DNA of 64,000 bases, taken from a virus. The notes below the pieces were generated by a model. The model ran no database searches and was not told the origin of the DNA. It saw only the letters and a list, made by a program, of their open reading frames with translations. Shown here in pieces: positions 57,780 through 64,000 of the stretch (within the stretch, counting starts at the first letter, position 1; every line of letters starts with the position of its first letter). The DNA is taken from IMG/VR virus record IMGVR_UViG_3300027985_001265, positions 9,759-73,758 of that record. One strand, written 5' to 3'. The translations under genes and the position numbers were made by a program.

Positions 57780-58643
57780 TTACGGTTTTGGAAATGCAAT
57801 TTTATCATTGAGCAGCTCTTTATCAGCAAGTTGGAGAGAAGCTTTCTTATAGGAGCTTCCTTGATAGTTGATATAGTACCCGACAGAGTAGGTTCTGCCC
57901 CGGGTATCCGGCTTGTGATTCAGATAGCACCGGTTAATTCTTACGAGCATATCCGCATACCGGTGCTTACAATCCCTCTCATAAATACTCCAGAGTTCCT
58001 CTTTTCGCACGATATCATATTCAGTATCATGTTCCTTGATATAATTGTCCTTTGGCTCTTCAGGGTACTTGAGTAAGAACTCTTTATTTAGAGCCAAGGG
58101 GATCTTATTCATCCGGTTAATGTGATCCAAGCAGATATTGTCCTCATGGTGGTTCAATTTACCACCAAGGAGCATGCTGCCTTGTTCTGGATCATAGTTA
58201 CTTTCAACTGGTTGAGGCCTATCATAGACAGTCCCATGACGATCCGTGAAGGGGATACCTTCAAGCATGAAGCAGGGGACTATGATGAAGTAATCCGATA
58301 GGTTGGCTTTGATATAGATTAAGCCAGCATGATGGATTAACGCTATTACCTCAGCTATGGTCTTTGCCCTGTCGAGACTGTTCTCATGGGGCATTTTATC
58401 TCGATGCCGGCCTATCAGGGCTTGATAGGTTAAATAGTCAGTAGTCAAAGTTGTGGTGAACACAGCTACGATGAGGTTATATAACTCTTTTTCATCCGGT
58501 CTCCATTGGGCAAGTCTACGATTTTTCGATTCGTAGTATTCACCTAATCTATATTTTTGGATTAATTCTATAGCCTTATCAATCTGTGACAGGCCACCTG
58601 CTTTCTCAATTTCTTTGTGAACAAAAAGCTCGTCAGCTTTCAT
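57780..58643 (-). CDS. RNA polymerase II subunit 1 (N4 gp15-like)
   Basis: S.LLG...HH...ICLDHIN..N.IPL.LN and YL.HK.DTRGRTY..GYYINYQG.SY.KA. Confidence 0.92.
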   Translation of the reverse strand: MKADELFVHKEIEKAGGLSQIDKAIELIQKYRLGEYYESKNRRLAQWRPDEKELYNLIVAVFTTTLTTDYLTYQALIGRHRDKMPHENSLDRAKTIAEVIALIHHAGLIYIKANLSDYFIIVPCFMLEGIPFTDRHGTVYDRPQPVESNYDPEQGSMLLGGKLNHHEDNICLDHINRMNKIPLALNKEFLLKYPEEPKDNYIKEHDTEYDIVRKEELWSIYERDCKHRYADMLVRINRCYLNHKPDTRGRTYSVGYYINYQGSSYKKASLQLADKELLNDKIAFPKP

Positions 58644-58703
58644 AGGAGACTCCTTTTAATTATACGATATGATGCTCTGTGGTAGGTATATTATGGTATT
58701 ACA

Positions 58704-58740
58704 TAAAAAAGCCCTGAACCACCCGAAGGCGGCCAGGGCA
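58704..58740 (-). terminator. Terminator after gp2-like gene
   Basis: GCCCTG...CAGGGC stem with A6 on + strand. Confidence 0.65.
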
Positions 58741-58768
58741 TAAGATAGAGAAGAGGATGAAGGGTAAG

Positions 58769-59125
58769 TTATGCAGGGATCTGAAAGAGGCCCAGGGCAT
58801 GTGCCAGTTCCGTAGGATCGGCTTTTGGCTTGGGCGTATAGGGTTTGATCTTGACTCTGAGAGTAAGCTCCAGAGCAGCACCATCATTGTTCTCGGCGCA
58901 CTGTTTGGCCAAGGCAATCAAAGAATCTTCTGCAGCAGACTTGAAGTTTTTATTCTGCCAGAACGGGATGTCCTTGTCGGATTTCAGAACAGGTTTGCCT
59001 TCCGCATCCAGGATACGTTCACCGGTATCAGTTACAACTTCCCAGGACATGAATGCTTTAGCCTGATTCTTTTCCTTGGTTTTATTTTCAGATAGTTCTT
59101 TTACATCAACAGGGGTAAATGCCAT
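58769..59125 (-). CDS. N4 gp2-like ssDNA-binding activator of middle transcription
   Basis: Size, location next to RNAP II genes and weak pattern similarity (KA.., IP., A..DL/SL, L.V.L/I) to N4 gp2. Confidence 0.5.
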   Translation of the reverse strand: MAFTPVDVKELSENKTKEKNQAKAFMSWEVVTDTGERILDAEGKPVLKSDKDIPFWQNKNFKSAAEDSLIALAKQCAENNDGAALELTLRVKIKPYTPKPKADPTELAHALGLFQIPA

Positions 59126-59182
59126 GATAAATCTCCTTTAATTTAAACAGATTGTATTAATTAAAATGGGACGATTGTCCTT

Positions 59183-59204
59183 CTCATTGTGGAAGCCGAA
59201 GGCT
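59183..59204 (-). promoter_or_regulatory. vRNAP hairpin early promoter
   Basis: Template strand CTCATTGTGGA-AGCC-GAA-GGCT; one of 5 copies. Confidence 0.85.
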
Positions 59205-59215
59205 CGGTGGGAGTG

Positions 59216-59728
59216 TTATTGAAGATTGAGTTCTTTTACCTGTTCTTTCAACCAGGCCATAGTCTTCTGATAATGATCTGGTCTCTGCAGGTTACAAACC
59301 CTGGTACCATAGGCTTCAGCAATTGATATTGCAGTCCCGGTACCACCAGTCTGTATTGATCTTCCGATATGCTGGGTACACCCATCAGGAGTCCAGCAGA
59401 TTAGGAATTCACTGGGCTCATTGAGATTAGAACCAAGAACCTGGAATGAGTTTCTGCCATGCAGTTTCTTTGCATAAGGGCTGCATCTATCCCAGGCAGG
59501 GTGATACTTGGCAGCTATCTCCATGGCCTCTGGAGAAACCTGTTCTGCATAATAGATCTGCTTAAACATGATATCTTGCACGCCATCTTCAAAGGCGGTA
59601 TCAGCACCCTGGGCTCCCCCGGATCTGAGGGTGTAACCTTTCTTCTCCAGGTAATATGCAATGAGCTGCATTGTCTGAAGGATATTTTCAGGGGTCTTAC
59701 GACTTCCAACGCCGGTATAATATTTCAT
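59216..59728 (-). CDS. DprA/SLOG-superfamily Rossmann-fold protein
   Basis: YTGVGSRKTP, LRSGGAQGAD.AFE, RN.FQVLG, ICWTPDG and GGTGTAI. Confidence 0.8.
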   Translation of the reverse strand: MKYYTGVGSRKTPENILQTMQLIAYYLEKKGYTLRSGGAQGADTAFEDGVQDIMFKQIYYAEQVSPEAMEIAAKYHPAWDRCSPYAKKLHGRNSFQVLGSNLNEPSEFLICWTPDGCTQHIGRSIQTGGTGTAISIAEAYGTRVCNLQRPDHYQKTMAWLKEQVKELNLQ

Positions 59729-59779
59729 GAATTATCTCCTTTATTTGGGGCAGTTTATTGTCTTACCCAGGACGTTGTA

Positions 59780-60082
59780 TTAAACCTGTTCAAGATATTT
59801 CTTGATAGTTTCAGCATGGCATCTCTTCGGAGCACACCAGCAGAATAACCGGAGCTGGCCATGTTCTTTATAAAGCCGATAGAGACGGATCATCTCTTGC
59901 CGATATGCTCCAGATTCCTTAATCTTTTTAGCTGCGTATTCAGCATATTGATCACATACTCGATCCCGCTGAGATACAGCTTTCATCGGAAAGGGGTTAC
60001 CCAAAATACTGGATCTATCAACCCGGACATCATAGAGTTTACTTGGTTTACAGACTCTCAAATTCATAATTTCGATAGTCAT
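59780..60082 (-). CDS. DUF4326-like protein
   Basis: V.VDR.S.LGNPF, R..V...Y and L.CWCAPKRCHAE. Confidence 0.8.
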   Translation of the reverse strand: MTIEIMNLRVCKPSKLYDVRVDRSSILGNPFPMKAVSQRDRVCDQYAEYAAKKIKESGAYRQEMIRLYRLYKEHGQLRLFCWCAPKRCHAETIKKYLEQV

Positions 60083-60111
60083 ACTTATCTCCTTAACAAA
60101 TTATTATTAAC

Positions 60112-60133
60112 TCCATACTGGAAGCCGAAGGCT
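60112..60133 (-). promoter_or_regulatory. vRNAP hairpin early promoter
   Basis: TCCATACTGGA-AGCC-GAA-GGCT. Confidence 0.85.
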
Positions 60134-60449
60134 ATGCTGCTTTGAAATTGTTACAAGGCCAGTAGTTATATCCATGATCTTTAAGTAGTTTTTTATGATC
60201 TTTTGGTAAGCACATCCTATAATCTCTAAAGATACATTGAATATATTCTTTAGAAGATCTCGGTTTACTAAGCAGGGGTTGTCCATAGATACAGTCAATA
60301 CAATATCCAGGTTCTCCAGCAGGCAAGAGCACCCCAAGAACTTTTTTATGTTTAGCATTTCTTTCAAGAATAACCTTGGTCTTTGGTTTAGCTTGTTTGC
60401 GAAGAGCATTGAGATACTTCAAGCGAGCTTTACGATGTTTCTTATTCAT
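60132..60449 (-). CDS. Basic hypothetical protein
   Basis: AAGGA RBS; Lys/Arg-rich with Cys motifs. Confidence 0.55.
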   Translation of the reverse strand: MNKKHRKARLKYLNALRKQAKPKTKVILERNAKHKKVLGVLLPAGEPGYCIDCIYGQPLLSKPRSSKEYIQCIFRDYRMCLPKDHKKLLKDHGYNYWPCNNFKAA

Positions 60450-60621
60450 ATTTTAATTTCCTTAAACCAAGAAGAACCAGTAAATAGTAGACCAGAACAT
60501 TGTACAGAAACTGGCTAGTATGCTGACTATTATTCTACCTCTTACTCCTACAACAACTAAACCAGAGAATGATGAAATGAACACAATAAGACTGAATATA
60601 AGCATGATTGATAACTCCTGT

Positions 60622-60882
60622 TTAATTAAGTAATCGGGGAATCCTTTGAACTTCTGAATGTTCAAAGAATGCAACAGGACAAGTTTCACCCACTGCGTGG
60701 GTGTACTGCGTACCACTCGCTCTGCTCGGGTACTTCGTATCAGGAATCTGAAATTCAACAACTACTCCCTTGGTAAAGACATCAAGAACCTTGGCTGCTT
60801 TACCTTTGACATTGCCAATAACCGGGTCTGATACCAGTACCCGGATGTAGTCGCCTATTCTATTTGTTTTAACTTTAGACAT
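60622..60882 (-). CDS. Hypothetical protein
   Basis: AAGGAG RBS. Confidence 0.55.
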   Translation of the reverse strand: MSKVKTNRIGDYIRVLVSDPVIGNVKGKAAKVLDVFTKGVVVEFQIPDTKYPSRASGTQYTHAVGETCPVAFFEHSEVQRIPRLLN

Positions 60883-60892
60883 GGGTATCTCC

Positions 60893-61129
60893 TTAACGCA
60901 TCGGGTCTTGTGGATGGATGGGCGTTTGAGACGATGAATAACGGGAAGAACAAAAACATGGGATATATCCGTTTATTGTTCCAACCCACCAATTTTCAGG
61001 TTTTATTATTCTTCCACTATTACAACACGATGCTTTACTATTACGACAAATACTTGCCATTTTAATACAGTTCAAGTCATCCAAGCATCCTTGGTTTAAT
61101 TGTCTTCTAAGTAAAATTGTATCAGCCAT
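60893..61129 (-). CDS. Cys-rich small protein, paralogue A
   Basis: GGAG RBS; clearly similar to the next ORF. Confidence 0.65.
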   Translation of the reverse strand: MADTILLRRQLNQGCLDDLNCIKMASICRNSKASCCNSGRIIKPENWWVGTINGYIPCFCSSRYSSSQTPIHPQDPMR

Positions 61130-61374
61130 TATAATTCTCCTTGTCGCATTGGATCTTGAGGGTGGATGGGTACTTTGTTAATGTTATGAGAACATACAAA
61201 GCAGGGGATTCTGCCCGAGCCTACCCACCAGTTATTACGATTTACATTAAGTGTCCCAGAACCACAGCAAGTAACAGCATTTTTATGGTTATGTTTAAGA
61301 CAAACCATATTACAAAAAATATGATCCATGCAGGCTTGGTTAAATATTCGTCTTGCTATAATAGTATCAGCCAT
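61129..61374 (-). CDS. Cys-rich small protein, paralogue B
   Basis: AAGGAG RBS; MADTI, NWWVG, IPCF and PIHPQDPMR shared with paralogue A. Confidence 0.65.
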   Translation of the reverse strand: MADTIIARRIFNQACMDHIFCNMVCLKHNHKNAVTCCGSGTLNVNRNNWWVGSGRIPCFVCSHNINKVPIHPQDPMRQGEL

Positions 61375-61895
61375 TTGGGTATCTCCTTTATGTTTAAATT
61401 ATTTAATTATCGGAACGCATTGATACATAGAACCAAGAATAAACAAACTATCTTGGCATTCTAGAATTGAAGGATGAACTATCTAAAGGCAGGAAGGTAA
61501 GGGCTCATGAAGAGCCCTATATTTTAATTTAGAACGGGATATCCTCTGCATCAGGGTTAGGGGATATCCCGTCTTCTGAATGGTCAGCCTGGGCATATTC
61601 TTGATAGCAGAAATGCCCATATTCAGGTTCATGAAAGATGAATGCCAAATATCTTTTAGAGAGTTCACACTCTCTTTCAATTGGTTTAAGCCAAGAGTTC
61701 ATAAAGCCTCCTTTAGAATGGAATATCATCCTGCCAGTCTTCCTGGATGTCAGGGATAGTATAGATGGGAACAGTTTCTTCATAAGTTACGGAAGGAGTC
61801 TGCTCTTCGCAAGCACTGTGTCCACACCAGTAGCATACTTCTGTGCCAAAGAAGTTACATTCTAAGCATTCGTTTCTCATAGTATTACTCCTTAT

Positions 61896-62102
61896 TTACA
61901 TGTCCCAATCACTTCTCATGTGATGGGAAAATTCCATACCGAGTATCCACATCAGTCCCATACAGGACAGACATGAGATATCCTGCCCTTCAAAATGGAA
62001 GTAGAATGTAGCTACTCCCAGGATGATAAAAGATAGTGTAAAGCCCATGGATAGTAATACCCACAGGCAACCGTTGAATATTCTGTTCCAGTTATATTCC
62101 AT
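61896..62102 (-). CDS. Hypothetical two-TM membrane protein
   Basis: AAGGAG RBS; two hydrophobic segments. Confidence 0.55.
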   Translation of the reverse strand: MEYNWNRIFNGCLWVLLSMGFTLSFIILGVATFYFHFEGQDISCLSCMGLMWILGMEFSHHMRSDWDM

Positions 62103-62117
62103 GATGTATCTCCTTAT

Positions 62118-62378
62118 TTAGAATGGACAATCCAAGGGTTCATTGGGATCCGAAGGTTTAGTATTACGATAGATGATCGCATTGGCTTCAGGGGTTTCAA
62201 GCCAGGTATCTTCAGCAAAACTAGAAGCCCATAATTCTTCTGGTGCATCTAGATAAGCAGAAGTACTACGGTAACTAAAAGGCCCATGTATAGATGGGTT
62301 GTGAATGAATATAAAACTGTAGAGTCTGTCAGATAACTCATTTGTATTAAAATTAACAAACTGCAATGCCCAATCCAT
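62118..62378 (-). CDS. Hypothetical early protein
   Basis: AGGAGG RBS, just downstream of a hairpin promoter. Confidence 0.6.
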   Translation of the reverse strand: MDWALQFVNFNTNELSDRLYSFIFIHNPSIHGPFSYRSTSAYLDAPEELWASSFAEDTWLETPEANAIIYRNTKPSDPNEPLDCPF

Positions 62379-62419
62379 AATTGCCTCCTTGCAACTAAGA
62401 GTTAATGAAGTGTTATTGC

Positions 62420-62441
62420 TCCACTATGGAAGCCGTAGGCT
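62420..62441 (-). promoter_or_regulatory. vRNAP hairpin early promoter
   Basis: TCCACTATGGA-AGCC-GTA-GGCT. Confidence 0.85.
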
Positions 62442-62694
62442 AAAAAGTAATAGACGAAGTCTATTAAGAGTATTTAGGAAAACTATAGTTGAGAGTGGTA
62501 AAGGGTGATAGGGTATCAGGAGTGTGTAGGGATTAGGGAGAGGAAGGATACAATAAAAGTTGTAGGGTGTGTAGTGAGAGGGAAGGTGTGTTAGGCAGTG
62601 ATATGCCACTTCCGGCTACTACCCCCTACCCTATAGCCTGTATCCCTCTTAGAATTGAAATTTAGGCCACTCCTGTTAAGAAAGGGCCAATGTG

Positions 62695-63198
62695 TTATAC
62701 CGTGTATTTCCAACGGTAACCATAAGCAGTTTGTGCTCGTCCTCTACAAGCATGAATTATGTTTGCTCTTGCCTTTTTATTAATAGCTTTAGCAGCATCT
62801 CTGGCAGAAGCGTATGTAGCAAGGTACTCCCCTGTTTTAGTATATTGGGAGACTCTGACATCTACTCGGTCGCTTTGTCCTAGTGTCCCATTCTCCTGTC
62901 TTTCCCGGATTTTCTTTAGTCGATTTTCTTCCCAAGTCATTATTTGGAGATTACTGAGAATGTAGCTTTTAGAATCATCAATCCTGTCTGCTGATGGGAC
63001 ATACCGAGTTTTACAACCGGAAGCTTTCCAATTATCATGGATACGAATGTACACAGGATTTGATATGCACCAGGTAATAAACTCTTTACAGGAATAAGTT
63101 GGAAGTGGGTGTCCTCGCTTTATTGCATTTCTTCGTTGTTGATTATACATTCTACGAGCTTGTCCAGTGTAGGAGTAGTCTCTTCTTTTTGACATCAC
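62695..63198 (-). CDS. Free-standing HNH-like endonuclease with C-terminal NUMOD1 domain
   Basis: PSADRIDDSK.Y...N.Q..TW.EN and V.QY...GE.LA.Y.SA.DAA......NI...CRG...TAYGYRWKY. Confidence 0.8.
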   Translation of the reverse strand: MMSKRRDYSYTGQARRMYNQQRRNAIKRGHPLPTYSCKEFITWCISNPVYIRIHDNWKASGCKTRYVPSADRIDDSKSYILSNLQIMTWEENRLKKIRERQENGTLGQSDRVDVRVSQYTKTGEYLATYASARDAAKAINKKARANIIHACRGRAQTAYGYRWKYTV

Positions 63199-63227
63199 AA
63201 AGTCCTTTCAGTTTAAGTTATCTATCT

Positions 63228-63249
63228 TCCTTCATGGATGCCGTAGGCA
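63228..63249 (-). promoter_or_regulatory. vRNAP hairpin early promoter (compensatory variant)
   Basis: TCCTTCATGGA-TGCC-GTA-GGCA. Confidence 0.8.
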
Positions 63250-63280
63250 GACTCTCTGCTGTGTTGTGTTGTGTATTGTG

Positions 63281-63316
63281 TAAAAAAGAGTTGCCTACCC
63301 CAGAAGGAGTAGGCGT
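63281..63316 (-). terminator. Terminator after first early gene
   Basis: GCCTAC...GTAGGC stem with A run on + strand. Confidence 0.55.
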
Positions 63317-63328
63317 AAGGCATGAGGG

Positions 63329-63592
63329 TTAACTGATGCCGCAGAGGGCTTTGAGTTCAGGAGGCATGTTGTCCATGCTGTCCTTGTATTTCTCGGCGTA
63401 GTCACGCCTGCGTTCTGTAGCATGGTCTATACGAGCCATGGTGGTATAGTCATGGGCATCAATGGCTACGTCTTCGAGAGTGCCAAGGCCATGAGATAGG
63501 ATAGAATCCATTTTAGTTGCTGTGGTCTGTACCATGTTAGATGCAGCGATGATGGTAGTACCGAGGGTCTTGAGTACTTGTGAGTTAAACAT
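63329..63592 (-). CDS. First early hypothetical protein
   Basis: AAGGAG RBS downstream of rightmost hairpin promoter. Confidence 0.6.
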   Translation of the reverse strand: MFNSQVLKTLGTTIIAASNMVQTTATKMDSILSHGLGTLEDVAIDAHDYTTMARIDHATERRRDYAEKYKDSMDNMPPELKALCGIS

Positions 63593-63639
63593 AGTGGTAG
63601 TCTCCTTATAAGAAGTTAGTAGGTTAGTGGGATCGTCAT

Positions 63640-63661
63640 CCCGTTATGGAAGCCGAAGGCT
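63640..63661 (-). promoter_or_regulatory. vRNAP hairpin early promoter (rightmost)
   Basis: CCCGTTATGGA-AGCC-GAA-GGCT. Confidence 0.85.
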
Positions 63662-63794
63662 TAGTCGAAAATGTAGGCTGAAAGTTTTTGGATACCCGGG
63701 GGGATAGTTGAGTTGGGGAGGCCAGTAGACAAGAACTGCCTTCATACTTAGATAAGAAAATTCTGGAAAACCTGCGGATTGAACTGTTGCGCTT

Positions 63795-63814
63795 ATATAT
63801 ATATATATATATAT
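63795..63814. repeat. (TA)n microsatellite near genome end
   Basis: About 9-10 TA units read directly. Confidence 0.85.
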
Positions 63815-64000
63815 TATAAGAGCTTTTCTTAATTTTGTTAATAGCTTTTACTGATAAGGGTTTTCAGCGTTTTCATACTGGCCAAACCTTGTCAATAAAT
63901 ATATAATTATTACTCTATATATGTCATAGAAAGTTTTCTATTATTGACATAATCGTGTCATCAATATATGCTGTAAAAAAAAAAAAAAAAAAAAAAAAAA

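Noticed and set aside
43514-62662. TAGAATTGAA motif at about 43514, 61462 and 62650 as a middle promoter
   Set aside because: Short, AT-rich and inconsistently placed relative to gene starts; cannot be separated from chance without statistics.
63975-64000. Terminal run of 26 A
   Set aside because: Sits at the extreme end of the window; most likely a sequencing, tailing or assembly artefact.

Overview
The window is most of an N4-like phage genome (Schitoviridae-type). It starts inside a tail gene; no terminase is present, so it probably lies upstream of position 1. The + strand (1-28.1 kb) is the late block: tail fibre, SLT-type lysis cassette, portal, major capsid with a ~125-aa insertion, ejection proteins and a 3454-aa virion RNA polymerase. 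The - strand (28.2-63.6 kb) is the early/middle block: five hairpin vRNAP promoters, a gp2-like activator, two-subunit RNAP II, an AAA+/vWA pair, Dda-like helicase, family A DNA polymerase, RuvC, exonuclease, primase, ATPase, SSB, ThyX and an ATP-dependent ligase. Main unusual items: (1) a ~720-nt non-coding, highly structured region at 42.95-43.67 kb with repeated GGAGUC-hairpin modules and a tRNA-like subdomain, a candidate large phage ncRNA; (2) a P4-type integrase, intact attP arm repeats and AlpA, suggesting a temperate N4-like phage; (3) an HNH-carrying group I intron inside the helicase Walker A motif; (4) a stand-alone NrdD glycyl-radical domain; (5) short ORFs missed by the track, including an Hc1 histone-like protein and a cationic peptide in an apparently spanin-less lysis cassette. 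All assignments come from motif recognition and synteny by eye; no searches or folding programs were run.
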